Assembly: GCA_963796055.1 (NCBI GenBank)
Contig: CAWCKH010000004.1
Span: forward strand, 2,560,001 to 2,624,000
Length of the DNA stretch: 64,000 nt
Direction: 5' to 3'
Source of the DNA: an uncultured delta proteobacterium
Lineage (GTDB): Bacteria > Myxococcota > Myxococcia > Myxococcales > Myxococcaceae
In this document: positions 42,194 through 52,824 of the stretch, piece after piece
Position numbering within the stretch: the stretch's first letter is position 1
How the letters are laid out: the number at the start of each line of letters is the position of its first letter
Notes under the pieces: model-generated
What the model was told of the DNA's origin: nothing
Seen by the model: only the letters and a program-made list of their open reading frames with translations
Databases searched by the model: none
Translations under genes and position numbers: made by a program

Positions 42194-44710
42194 GTGCGAA
42201 TGCAGCCAGAGCGCCCACCGAGCAGGGACGCACCGACCGAGCTGGAGGCGTCTCCGCAGATGTACGGGACGGAGCCGCTGGCGGCGCCGCTGGCCGCGGG
42301 TCAGCAGCTCGAAGCCGGAGCTCAACTCGAGGGGCGCTTCCGCATCGTCCAGATGCTCGGCCAAGGCGGGATGGGCGACGTCTACGAAGCGGTCGACGTG
42401 GCGCTCGGGACCCGCGTCGCGGTGAAGACGGTCCGCCTCGAACAGGCGGCGAACGAGAACGCGCTCCATCGTTTCCGACGTGAGATCCTCCTGGCCCGGA
42501 AGATCGCTCACCCGAACGTGTGCAAGGTCTTCGAGCTGCACGTCGGCGGATTCGGTGAGCCGCCCCTCTTCCTGAGCATGGAGCTGCTCGAGGGCGAGAC
42601 GCTCGCCCAGCGGCTGCGGAGGGAGGGCCGCCTCGACGAGGGCGTGGCGCGGGGAATCGTCCTGCAGATCGCCTCCGCGCTCGGGGCCGCGCACGCGGAA
42701 GGAGTCGTCCACCGAGATCTCAAGGCGAGCAACGTGATGCTCGTCCCGGACCACGGGGGCCGTCAGCGGGCCGTCGTCACCGACTTCGGCATCGCCCATG
42801 CGGCCGGAGCGCTCTCGGATGCGACGGCGACCCTGGAGGGACCCCTCGGAACGCCGGCGTATATGGCCCCGGAGCAGGTGACGGGCGGAGCGGTGACCCC
42901 GGCGACCGACCTCTACTGCCTCGGCGTGCTCATGTACGAGATCACCACCGGCACGCTCCCCTTCACCGGTGAGAGTCCGAGGGAGATCGCTTACCGGCGC
43001 CTCGGTGCCGAAGCGCCCGACCCGCGCGCCTCGACTCCGGCCCTGAGCAAGCGCTGGGGCAAGGTCGTTCGATGGTGTCTGGCGAGCAATCCCGCGCAGC
43101 GTCCGCAGACCGCCGCGGCCATCCGGCAAGCGCTGGAGGGGAAGGCGCGCCCGCCGCGGCGTCTCTCGCGCCGGCGGCTGGTCGCCATGGGCCTCGCGCT
43201 AGCGGCCGCGGTGTCGGTCGTCCCGCTCGTGGCCCGGCTCCGCTCACTGCGCGCTGCTGCCGCGCTCTCAGCACGACCGGTGGTGGCCGTACAGGCGACC
43301 GGCACCGCCGAACTCGCAAGCGCTCCCGCTGCCCTGCCCTCCGTGGCCGTGCTGCCATTCGCCGACCTCTCGCCCGGGAAGGACCAGGAGTACTTCGCCG
43401 ACGGCGTCGCGGAGGAGATCCTGAGCGCGCTCTCCCACGTCGAGGGCCTGCGCGTCGTCGGCCGCACCTCGTCGTTCTCGTTCAAGGGGAGAAGCGTCCA
43501 GATCCAGGAGATCGGCCGACAGCTCAACGTCCGCGCCGTCCTGGAGGGCAGCGTGCGGCGGGAAGGCGACCGGGTGCGCGTCACCGCCCAGGTGGTCAAC
43601 GTGGCCGACGGTTACCGCGTGTGGTCGGAGAGCTACAGCCGCCAGATCACCGGCATCTTCGAGGTGCAGGACGACATCGCCAAGGCCGTGGTCGAGGCGC
43701 TCAAGGTGAAGCTCGTGCCCGGCAAGGGCCCGGGCGGTGGCGAAGGGCGAGCGACCAACCCGGACTCCTACAGCTACTACTTGTTGGGCCTTCATCACGA
43801 ACGACAAGGAACGCTCGAAGGAATCCGGCGGGCCAGGGCGGCGCTCGAGAAGGCGCTCGCCCTCGACCCCGGCAATGCACCGGCCCAGGCAGCCCTGGCG
43901 ATCGCCATCTTCAACGTCTGGGCGTGGGGCGGGACGAGCACGGCCGCGGAGGTGGAGGACGTCCGGCAGCAGTCGCTGGCCGCGGCCGAGAAGGCGGTCG
44001 CCCTGGCCCCCTCCCTCGCGGACGGGTACGCAGCGCGCGGCTTTCTGCGGGGGGCGTACTTCGACTGGGCGGGCTCACGAGCGGACCTCGACCGCGCCCT
44101 CGCCCTCCGTCCGAACGATTCCCACGCGCTCAATTACCTGGGCGAGTGGATGTCGGTGTTCGGAAGGGTGACGGAATCCATTGCCCTCACGCGCCGGGCG
44201 CTGGAGCTCGATCCTCTGTGGGAGCGCCCCCTGAGTCGCCTCTGCCACCTCTACCTGGCGAGCGGCGAGCTGTCCCTGGCACGGAGCGCCATCGACCACT
44301 GGCTCGAGGTCAACCCCGACCATGCCGACCAAGCCCGCTCCATGGAGGTGCTGCTCCACCTGCTGGAAGGCAACCCCGAAGCGGCGCTCTCCGCCGCCCA
44401 ACGCTTTACCCGCCCGCGCGCCCGCCTGTGGGGCATTGCCCTAGCGGAGAACGATCTGGGTCATGCCGCCGAGTCGAACAAGGCGCTCGAGGAGCTGACC
44501 TCGAAGTTTACGGGCGCCTACCCGCACGGGATTGCGCAAGTATACGCTTGGCGAGGAGATGCCGACCACGCCTTCGAGTGGCTGGAGCGCGCCTGGCGCG
44601 AGCGCGACTCGAATATTGGGCGGATCAAGTTCGACCCGCTCCTGCGCAAGATCCGGGGTGATCCGCGCTACCCGGCGCTGCTGAAGAAGATGAACCTGCC
44701 GGTTGACTGA
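42194..44710 (+). CDS. Ser/Thr kinase - TM - TolB-like domain - TPR repeats
   Basis: LGQGGMGDVY, HRDLKASN, TDFGIA, GTPAYMAPE; SVAVLPFADLSPGKDQEYFADG; TPR-like helices. Confidence 0.92.
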   Translation: MRMQPERPPSRDAPTELEASPQMYGTEPLAAPLAAGQQLEAGAQLEGRFRIVQMLGQGGMGDVYEAVDVALGTRVAVKTVRLEQAANENALHRFRREILLARKIAHPNVCKVFELHVGGFGEPPLFLSMELLEGETLAQRLRREGRLDEGVARGIVLQIASALGAAHAEGVVHRDLKASNVMLVPDHGGRQRAVVTDFGIAHAAGALSDATATLEGPLGTPAYMAPEQVTGGAVTPATDLYCLGVLMYEITTGTLPFTGESPREIAYRRLGAEAPDPRASTPALSKRWGKVVRWCLASNPAQRPQTAAAIRQALEGKARPPRRLSRRRLVAMGLALAAAVSVVPLVARLRSLRAAAALSARPVVAVQATGTAELASAPAALPSVAVLPFADLSPGKDQEYFADGVAEEILSALSHVEGLRVVGRTSSFSFKGRSVQIQEIGRQLNVRAVLEGSVRREGDRVRVTAQVVNVADGYRVWSESYSRQITGIFEVQDDIAKAVVEALKVKLVPGKGPGGGEGRATNPDSYSYYLLGLHHERQGTLEGIRRARAALEKALALDPGNAPAQAALAIAIFNVWAWGGTSTAAEVEDVRQQSLAAAEKAVALAPSLADGYAARGFLRGAYFDWAGSRADLDRALALRPNDSHALNYLGEWMSVFGRVTESIALTRRALELDPLWERPLSRLCHLYLASGELSLARSAIDHWLEVNPDHADQARSMEVLLHLLEGNPEAALSAAQRFTRPRARLWGIALAENDLGHAAESNKALEELTSKFTGAYPHGIAQVYAWRGDADHAFEWLERAWRERDSNIGRIKFDPLLRKIRGDPRYPALLKKMNLPVD

Positions 44711-44771
44711 CTGTGCAAGCGGGCTGATGGGTGACGTTTTAGAGCGGGCACACGGGTAACACTGGCCAGCG

Positions 44772-45065
44772 TCAGCCGTCGTCACGCGTGGCGTCTGGAG
44801 AGCGCGGGAGTCGGATGCGCTCCATCAGAAGGAGCAACTTCAGGAGGGACTGACGAAGCTGCTCCGGGCTCCGCAGCGCCCGCCACCGCGCAGCGACCTC
44901 CGCGAGTGCCATGCTCACCGAGTCGGCCTCGCCAGGGGCCGCTACTTCCGTACTACACGCGGTGCGGCCGAACGCGTGCTCCTGCGCGCTCTGGGGGCAG
45001 CAACCGGGCGCTGTTGCGGGCTTCTGCGCGCACGTGCTCACCGAAGAGTCTTCGCCAGCATGGCT
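44772..45065 (-). other. Detached C-terminal coding segment of the integrase (joined at attP after excision)
   Basis: In frame with the GGA-GGC-GGC-GGG-AAT-CGA codons of the att core; 97 sense codons then TGA at 44772. Confidence 0.75.
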
Positions 45066-45086
45066 TCGATTCCCGCCGCCTCCAAA

Positions 45087-45440
45087 CTACTTGGCGCCGG
45101 AGTCTGCAGAGTTGGCGGACCCGGCCCGTAGCTCCCGCTTGGCTCGTACGGGCGAGCCCCGAATCGTTGCCCAGTATTCCTCGGCAACGTCGTCGATGTG
45201 CACCGGGAATCGCGACCGAAGCCTGTCGGCGCCGTTCCGTTTGCAGCCGCTGATCCAGTACTCCTCGCCCGACTCAACCTCGACGTAGTTACCCCTGATG
45301 CCTGTGCCTCCGAGCGAGCGGAACGACTTGCCACGGTAGTAGAGCGTCCGTCCCGTCTTCGAGAAGGACACGCGGCCGATCCAGGCCTCGCCCGCGCCCG
45401 CCTTCCGCTCGACGTAAAGAATCCTTGGTGATCCCGCCAT
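45087..45440 (-). CDS. Small hypothetical protein (RILYVERK...GRVSFSKTGRTLYY...EEYWISGCK)
   Basis: Clean protein-like sequence; 5' end abuts the IS21 left end. Confidence 0.7.
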   Translation of the reverse strand: MAGSPRILYVERKAGAGEAWIGRVSFSKTGRTLYYRGKSFRSLGGTGIRGNYVEVESGEEYWISGCKRNGADRLRSRFPVHIDDVAEEYWATIRGSPVRAKRELRAGSANSADSGAK

Positions 45441-46460
45441 TCCAAGACCGACCCACACCCTTGCCGCTCGGCCCGTCAGGAGCCGGGCGTCCGCTGGGAG
45501 GGTGCTCATCATGGAAGAGGCCGTCGTCCTCCGCCGCCGGGTGCTCGTGGACCACCACTCGATCCGCCGAGTCGCCCGCGAGACGGGAATCTCGCGCAAC
45601 ACGGTCCGTCGGTACGTGAGGGGAGCGCCGCCCGGTGTCGGCAAGCCACGGGACCTCCGGGGCGCGCCCATCCGCGACCGAGTCGCAGGGCGTGCCCTGG
45701 AGCTGTTCCAGGAGGCCCCGCGCTGGACCGCCGGCGAGCAGAGGCTCACCGCCGCATGCCTCCACCAGCTGCTGCTGCAGGAGGGCCTCGTCGTGGGCTA
45801 CTCCGTCGTCAAGCAGCTGGTGCGGGAGTGGAAGCGGGAGCGGCAGGAAGTCTTTGTCCCGCTCGTCTACCGGCCGGGTGACTTGGCCGAGGTCGACTTC
45901 TTCGAGGTGCTGGTCGACATCGCGGGCGAGCGACGCAAGGCGCACATGTTCCTGCTCGGTTGATGCACTCGGGCCGGGACTTCGCCTGGCTCTACCCGCG
46001 GCAAGACCAGACGTGCTTCCTCGACGGGCACGTCCGGGCGTTCCACCACCTCGGCGTCGTCCCGCACCGGCTCGCGTACGACAATCTCAAGGCCGCCGTC
46101 CGGAAGATGCTGCTCGGCAGCGAGCGCGAGCTGCAGCCGCGCTTTCTGACTCTCGCCGGGCACTACCTCCTCGAGGCCAGCTTCGCCCGGCCCCACACCG
46201 GGCACGACAAGGGCGGCGTCGAGGCTCGAGGGAAGGGCATCCGCTGGCGACGGTGGGCGCAGCGCTGCTGGCGCGGCTCGATGCGGCCCTGCGAGCGCTT
46301 CGAGGTGGAGCGGCAGGCGATGCAGCCGCTCCCCACCGCGCCGTTCGGCGCTGCCCGGTGTGTCCCCGGCGTCTCGGTGTCGAGCAGGAGTCTCGTGAAG
46401 GTCGAGGGTGCCTCGTACTCCGTCTGGTCCTCCTGGGCGCGACGCGACGTCACGGCGACG
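45429..46460 (+). pseudogene. istA: IS21-family element remnant (fragmented istA, no istB)
   Basis: SIRRVARETGISRNTVRRY HTH, AEVDF, YDNLKAAV, HDKGGVE; frameshift near 45960; TG...GCCATTCCAAGACCGACCCAC left-IR-like end. Confidence 0.8.
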
Positions 46461-46470
46461 TGGCGAGCAC

Positions 46471-46805
<335 letters not shown>

Positions 46806-47110
46806 TCCCTCCACAGATCGTTGTGCTTCTGGTGTGCTGCTCGCCAGGCGTGACGCGAAGGGGATCCATCTTCGAGCCGCTCCGCACCGGGTCGGCCACG
46901 CGCGGCGTTGCCCACCGAACCTAGGACCCGCGGGTGCCGAAGCCGGCCCGATTCCGTCCATGCTCGCTCCTCCGGGGGCTGGCCACGAAGACCTCGAGAT
47001 CGCCTTGGCCGCGTCCGACCGGGCCGCGGCGTACCTCTACGGCCGGCCCAGGGTTGCTCGAAGCTCGAGCAACAGAGCGCCGGACGCGACCTCCTCTCAC
47101 CACCGACCGT

Positions 47111-49546
47111 TCATCTGCGGACGCGCTCGCCGAGCTCGGGCCGGGGACGCTCCGAGCAGCCCCGAGCGATCAGGCCACTCCCGATGGCGAGAAGGAGCGC
47201 TCCGACCAGCGCCGCCTGAAGAAACCAGTGCCGCCCGGTTCGACTCTCGATGAGCGCCGCGGCCACGTCCCCGGCACGTTGGAAGCGCCGCCTGGGGTCG
47301 CGGTCGAGACAGCGGAGGATGGTACGACTCCACCGCGGGTCCAGGCCGGGAACGAGCAACTCCGGCCTCGGCGGCGCCTGCTCGACGTGGCAGACGGCCG
47401 TGACCAGCGGCGTCTCGCCGGCGAAGGGCAATCGCCCCGTTACCATCTCGTACATCACCACGCCGAGCGCATAGAGGTCGGTCGCCTGCGAGATCTTGCT
47501 GCCGGTCACCTGCTCGGGTGCCATGTACTCGGGCGTGCCGATGATGCCGGCGCCTTCGGTGATCGCGTCCTCGCCGGGCGCGCCCCGCTGCTCCAGCGCC
47601 CGAGCGACACCGAAGTCGGTGATAACCACTCGCGCCGCGCCATGAGCCTCCTCGCCGCTGTTCGGCACGAGGATGACGTTCGAGCTCTTGAAGTCCCGGT
47701 GGATGACACCCTCGGCGTGCGCGGCGGCGAGCCCGTCGCACATCTGCCGCACCAGGGGCAGCGCTTCGGCAGTCGTCAGCCGCCCCGCCCGGCGGATCCG
47801 CGCGGCAAGTGTTTCACCCTCGAGGAATTCCATCGAGAGAAAGTTGACGCGCGTCCCGCTCGCGGTGGTCGCCTCGTAGAGCTCGTAGACACGGCACACG
47901 CTGTGGTGGCTCACCCGGCGGGCGAGCAGAACCTCTCTCCGAAACCTCTCCATCGCCGCGGCGTCGGGTCGGATTCGTGGTTCCAAGACCTTGAGGGCAA
48001 CTGGCGCGCGGAGCATTGCGTCGTTGGCCTGGTAAACGGCGCCCATGCCCCCTCGGGCGATGAGGCGGAGAACCGTGAACCGCATTCCGAGGACCTCCCC
48101 AACGCGGAATTGCTGCGCGTGATCCGAGCCGGGTGCGGACCTGCAGAGAGCGTCGCTGCCAGAGCCGAGGCCCACGGTTTCGTGTCCGGCGCGCTCGCCC
48201 AGCGCCGTCTCCCCCATCGACTCACCCACTTCGGCCGGTCGCCGACGCCCCCGCCACGGCGGCCCGTCCGTTGGGCCGGGCAAGATGTCGGCCGCGGCAT
48301 CCTCACCTGGGGCTCGCAGCGCACCGGATGTTTGCTTGGCGAGGCCGACCAGGAACAGAGGCCGCCCAGAGTTCGTTTCGAAGCGGCGCATCATGAATTC
48401 CTCGCCCGCCGTTCTGATCGGGCAGAAATCGGGTGGCTGCGCCGCGCCCGGACTCCGTTCACGCGCCCACGCGCGCACCCAGGTCTGAAGCTGCTCGAGC
48501 GCGCCGCTGTGCCGGAGCATGAGCGAGCTACCCACCCGGAGTGCGTCGCCGGAGAGCCGGGAGGCGGCTTCGTCGGTGAGCCAGAGGAGTCTGCCGGCGG
48601 AGTCGAAGAGGAACCATGCTGCGGGCGTCGCTCGGGCAAGAATTGCGAGTGTGTCCTCGAGCTTCCCCACGCCAAGCTGCCGTTGGGTCGACAGCGAACG
48701 GTCGATTCTGGCCCGGATCACCTCGAGTTCATGAAGATCGCGAGCGGTGAACGGCGATTCGTTCGCGGCCCGCGCAGCGCAGACGAATCCGCGCGGCGCC
48801 TTCGCCGTCCCGAGCAGTCCGATGAGCTGCCGTTCGACCGCCATCGGCTGCCAGAAGGTGTTGAACACCTCGCTCCGGTGCGCGGCCTCGATCCGGGATG
48901 TGAGATCGAAGCTCTTCGGCTTGGAGGCGAAGAAGGACGGCAGTGGCATGAACTCGCGATCGAGGTGTTGGAGCAGCCCTGCCCGGGCTCGTCCCTCAGC
49001 CGGACTCAGGCGCGAGCCATTGGCGTAGAAGTCGTCCGCTGAGACGACAGGTCCGGAGATGCGCATGAAGGTCCCCGTCGAGATCCCGATCCGCTCGTCC
49101 ATCGCCCGGGCGATCGCCGAACCCATTGCGGCCGTCGTCTGCGCCTTGTGCAGCGCGTGGGCCAGGTCGTTGATGGCGCGACCCTTGCCGCGTCGGACAT
49201 ACCGGCTCGTGAAGCGCAGAGTCCCTCGAGAAGCGCGCTCAGAGGGCACGGTCTTGCGGGGCCGCACGGAGTCTCCTCTTGCATCGCATTCCCTGCGTCC
49301 CGGCGCCGAAGCACCACTCTGCACCGCGGCGACACCCGAACGCCGCCGGCAACCAGAGGGTCCGGCAATGCTTGCGGCCTGGGCCAAGGCGGGCGCAAGA
49401 CCTGCCGTCGGATTCACTCCGATCAGCACAAAACCCCATGGAACCTCCTTTTGGAGGCCGGCGAGACGGTGAGTTGCATCCCGTAGGCCACCGCGGGCTG
49501 CAACGCCGCCGAGCTCTCTCCGGGGCCGTTCCACTGCGCGCTGCAT
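47111..49546 (-). CDS. GAF/PAS-like sensor domain fused to a Ser/Thr kinase, C-terminally truncated (start uncertain)
   Basis: IARGGMGAVY, HRDFKSSN, TDFGVA, GTPEYMAPE, TM; N-terminal FWQPMAVERQL...FTARDL...WFLFDSAGRLLW. Confidence 0.75.
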   Translation of the reverse strand: MQRAVERPRRELGGVAARGGLRDATHRLAGLQKEVPWGFVLIGVNPTAGLAPALAQAASIAGPSGCRRRSGVAAVQSGASAPGRRECDARGDSVRPRKTVPSERASRGTLRFTSRYVRRGKGRAINDLAHALHKAQTTAAMGSAIARAMDERIGISTGTFMRISGPVVSADDFYANGSRLSPAEGRARAGLLQHLDREFMPLPSFFASKPKSFDLTSRIEAAHRSEVFNTFWQPMAVERQLIGLLGTAKAPRGFVCAARAANESPFTARDLHELEVIRARIDRSLSTQRQLGVGKLEDTLAILARATPAAWFLFDSAGRLLWLTDEAASRLSGDALRVGSSLMLRHSGALEQLQTWVRAWARERSPGAAQPPDFCPIRTAGEEFMMRRFETNSGRPLFLVGLAKQTSGALRAPGEDAAADILPGPTDGPPWRGRRRPAEVGESMGETALGERAGHETVGLGSGSDALCRSAPGSDHAQQFRVGEVLGMRFTVLRLIARGGMGAVYQANDAMLRAPVALKVLEPRIRPDAAAMERFRREVLLARRVSHHSVCRVYELYEATTASGTRVNFLSMEFLEGETLAARIRRAGRLTTAEALPLVRQMCDGLAAAHAEGVIHRDFKSSNVILVPNSGEEAHGAARVVITDFGVARALEQRGAPGEDAITEGAGIIGTPEYMAPEQVTGSKISQATDLYALGVVMYEMVTGRLPFAGETPLVTAVCHVEQAPPRPELLVPGLDPRWSRTILRCLDRDPRRRFQRAGDVAAALIESRTGRHWFLQAALVGALLLAIGSGLIARGCSERPRPELGERVRR

Positions 49547-49616
49547 GGCGGATGTGGATCCTCCATCCTGCTACCTGCGCGCCGTAAGCCCCTGGAGCGC
49601 GGCTGCAGGAATTCAG

Positions 49617-50220
49617 AGGTCCAAGGAAGAACAAACGGGGCTTTCGTGGCGGAGGCCCGTGCAGGGGACCCGAGTCGCCGGGCCGGAGGGGGCAGGACGA
49701 GGCTGCCGGAAAGGGCTCGGCGGAGGTGGTGACCCGTCGGAGGGTAGAGCAGTCCCGGGGCGGTGGTCAGGCCGGGGCGAGTCTCGAACGTCGGACGGCA
49801 CTCACCAGAGGCCGAGCTGGGGCGGGGAGGTGGCCGGGGCAAGGGGAAGCGGCGTAGCGGACGCGGGTTGGCCCTGGGGGCGGGACGAGCGTGGCCACCG
49901 GGGCGGAGGAAGGCCACCGGAGCCAGGACGAGGTGCGTCTCTCCGGTGGGGGAGGCCCGCTTCAGCCGGTAGGCGAGCCGGCCGTCAGGCAAGGCCGAGA
50001 GCCGCTCCAGCGACACGGGCCCGTGGGCGCCGTAGTTGCACAGCTGCTCGAGGCCGACGACGTCATTCTCGTGAAGCCAGGTGTCGGCGTGGAGCGAGAA
50101 GCCCTCGACGAAGGCACAGCGGCGGGCAGACCGGCGCGCGGGAGAACGCGGCCTGCTCCGTGGCACCCGGATGCCTTCGAGCTGGAGGACATCGAGCGCT
50201 CCGGCCCGAAGCGCCGGCAT
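49617..50220 (-). mobile_element. IS91/ISCR-like transposase remnant with oriIS-like end, copy A
   Basis: GFSLHAD...LEQLCNYGAHGPVSLERL...LAYRLKR; internal deletion; minus-strand end CGTTTGTTCTTCCTTGGAC. Confidence 0.72.
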
Positions 50221-50250
50221 TCCCGATACGCGGGTGAACCTTCCTGTCGC

Positions 50251-51339
50251 CTAGTTGTACAGCTCCGCGCTCGCGAGCCCCCCCGGCTGCCCCCCGGCGA
50301 CGAGCACTTTCCCGCTGGGTAACAACGTTGCCGTGTGAAACGCCCGCGCCGTAGCGAGGCTGCCGGTGGCCGTGAACGTTCCTGTGGCGGGGTCGTACAG
50401 CTCCGCGCTGGCGAGGTAGCCCTGGTCCTTACCTCCAGCGATAAGTACCTTCCCGCTGGGCAGCAGCGCCGCCGTGTGACCGTACCGGGCCGTGGCCATG
50501 CTCCCGGTGGCCGTGAACGTCCCCGTCGCTGGGTCGTACAGCTCTGCGCTCGCAAAGTCCGAGCTCGGAAAGGAGTTCAAGTCAAATCCTCCTGCGATGA
50601 GCACCTTCCCGCTGGGCAGCAACGTCGCCGTGTGACTGGCGCGCGCCGTGGCCAGGCTCCCCGTTGGCGTGAACTTCCCTGTGGCCGGGTCGTACAGCTC
50701 GGCGCTGGTGTCGACTCCGCCTGCCACCAGCACCCTACCGTTGGGCAGCAACGTCGCCGTGTGACTGGCGCGCGCCATGGCCAGGGTCCCCGTGGGCGTG
50801 AACTTCCCTGTGGCCGGGTCGTACAGCTCGGCGCTGGTGTCGACTCCGCCTGCCACCAGCACCTTCCCGTTGGGCAGCAACGTCGCCGTGTGCTCGTACC
50901 GGGCCGTGGCCATGCTCCCGGTGGACGTGAACGCCCCCGTCGCTGGGTCGTACAGCTCTGCGCTCGCGAGCGGACTCCCCTGGTTCCCACCCGCGATGAG
51001 CACCTTGCCGTTTGTCAGCAACGTCGCCGTGGGATGTTCCCGCGCCGTGGCCAGGTTCCCCGTGAGCGTGAACGTCCCTGTGGCCGGGTCGTACAGCTCT
51101 GCGCTCGCGAGGTAGCCCTGGGGGCCGGAATAGCCTCCGGCGATGAGTACCTTCCCGCTGGGCAGCAACGTCGCCGTGGGGACAAAGCGCCCTGTGGCCA
51201 GGCTCCCCGTGGAGGCAAACGTCCCTGCGGCGGGAGGCGGAGGCGCTTCCGAGCTTGACGAGCCGCAATGCGTGGTCCCGAGCGCAAGACCAACCACCAC
51301 AGCAACGACGAACTGCCGATTCGCGCGATGACGGAGCAT
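50251..51339 (-). CDS. Seven-bladed Kelch-repeat lipoprotein
   Basis: Signal peptide ending THC; seven repeats of [16 protein letters not shown]...SAELYDP. Confidence 0.9.
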   Translation of the reverse strand: MLRHRANRQFVVAVVVGLALGTTHCGSSSSEAPPPPAAGTFASTGSLATGRFVPTATLLPSGKVLIAGGYSGPQGYLASAELYDPATGTFTLTGNLATAREHPTATLLTNGKVLIAGGNQGSPLASAELYDPATGAFTSTGSMATARYEHTATLLPNGKVLVAGGVDTSAELYDPATGKFTPTGTLAMARASHTATLLPNGRVLVAGGVDTSAELYDPATGKFTPTGSLATARASHTATLLPSGKVLIAGGFDLNSFPSSDFASAELYDPATGTFTATGSMATARYGHTAALLPSGKVLIAGGKDQGYLASAELYDPATGTFTATGSLATARAFHTATLLPSGKVLVAGGQPGGLASAELYN

Positions 51340-51589
51340 GGCAACCTCCCTCGTGTCGCACTAGAACCTGCATTTCTTGAGCCGATTACACGGCCTAGCT
51401 CGTCGTCACCCGTCCGATTTCATGCGCTCGTGCTGCGTTCGCTGATGCACGAAACGCAGTTCGTGCGTCCGCGCGGGGCGGAGCACCGTCAGAGCGCCGA
51501 GCATCAGCACCATCGCGGCGAGCCTCGTCGGACGACCTCCATCAGCGCGGGCGAGGGAGGGCGACAGTCTGCCAGCGCCTCCGCCGGTA

Positions 51590-51945
51590 AGGTCCAAGGA
51601 AGAACAAACGGGGCTTTCGTGGCGGAGGCCCGGGCAGGGGACCCGAGTCGCCGGGCCGGAGGGGGCAGGACGAGGCTGCCGGAAAGGGCTCGGCGGAGGT
51701 GGTGACCCGTCGGAGGGTAGAGCAGTCCCGGGGCGGTGGTCAGGCCGGGGCGAGTCTCGAACGTCGGACGGCACTCACCAGAGGCCGAGCTGGGGCGGGG
51801 AAGTGGCCGGGGCAAGGGGAAGCGGCCTGGAGGGGAGCCGCAAGTGCTTGAGGATGGTCTGGGCCGTCGAGGAACGGAGAACGACTGCCACGACGCGGCA
51901 GGTGCCCCCGCAGCGAGGGCAGGCGAGGACGTCGCGCCCTCGCTG
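51590..51945 (-). mobile_element. IS91/ISCR-like transposase 3' end with oriIS-like end, copy B
   Basis: DVLACPRCGG...ILKHLRLP...PPQLGLW*; 51590-51826 matches 49617-49853 with 2 mismatches seen. Confidence 0.72.
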
Positions 51946-51977
51946 GATCGCCGTGGAATAGCTCGGTCCCTCAAGGT

Positions 51978-52677
51978 TCAGAGGAGCGGAGACAGAATCC
52001 CGCTGAAGACGTCGCTCCAGGCATGGGACAACATGCCCGGGCGGAGGCTGCGACGCCACCAGGCCAATAAACCGTAGAGCAGCCCCAGGGCCGTGATGGT
52101 CACCACCTGCCTCCCTCCCTGGTACCCGTGAGAGATGCCGAAGACGGCGGCCTGCGCCAGGGCGGCGACCAGGGCGCTCCGGCTGAAGGCATGGAACTGA
52201 CGCTGGAGATAGCCCCGAAAGACCAACTCCGAGTACCCAGAGCCCGATTTCAAGGGCTCCTTTCGGCAAGAGGACGGAGATGGACCTGGCGGTGTCGGGG
52301 CCAAGCAGGAGGTGCATGAGCCAGGCGGTCGCCTCGAAGACTCCCCAAAAGAGGACGGCGATGACGAGATCGCGCATCACGTCGCGAAGCCGGTTCCAGT
52401 GCCCGCTCACCAGGTCGCGCAAGCGAGTTCGTCGCCGTATTCCCAGCCAGACGTAGCCCACCAGCGCCCACTCGAAGACCAGGGTCGAGAGGTAGATGGC
52501 GATCAGCCCCTGGTGCTGCGCAATCACCCCCGGAGCCGAGGAAGACCGGCTCTGCAGGCGCGCGCCGCCGAGGGCGAGCAAGAGGAGGATGGCTACCAGC
52601 AGCACAGTGTGCCACAGGGGCGCGACCTGGCTGGGGGGCGGGGTCACGACACGAGGAACCGATGGAGCGGTCGTCAT
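51978..52677 (-). pseudogene. CPBP (CAAX/Abi) intramembrane protease, frameshifted
   Basis: N-terminal TMs in one frame; (E)LVFRGYLQ, FGISHGYQG and HAWSD in another; break near 52230. Confidence 0.75.
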
Positions 52678-52824
52678 GGTCCCTCCTCATGTGCCTTGGC
52701 GCCGCGCGCATCGCGGGTGAGCGACTGCAGCGTCTCGTCTGATACAGGAGATGCTGCGTGCTGATCAGCGGGTTCGATTCCGGCCGCCTCCACAAGGTAT
52801 TGGCAGATCGGCCGGTCCTCTCGG

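Larger units (their letters stand above)
37838..45084. mobile_element. Integrative element 1 in the ssrA 3' end (~7.2 kb)
   Basis: 20-bp att core TTCGATTCCCGCCGCCTCCA at 37818-37837 and 45065-45084; integrase and excisionase next to attL. Confidence 0.88.

Noticed and set aside
45061..45090. Stand-alone tRNA genes here and at 52768-52792
   Set aside because: Only the T-arm/acceptor 3' half is present; both match the ssrA 3' end and are att copies.
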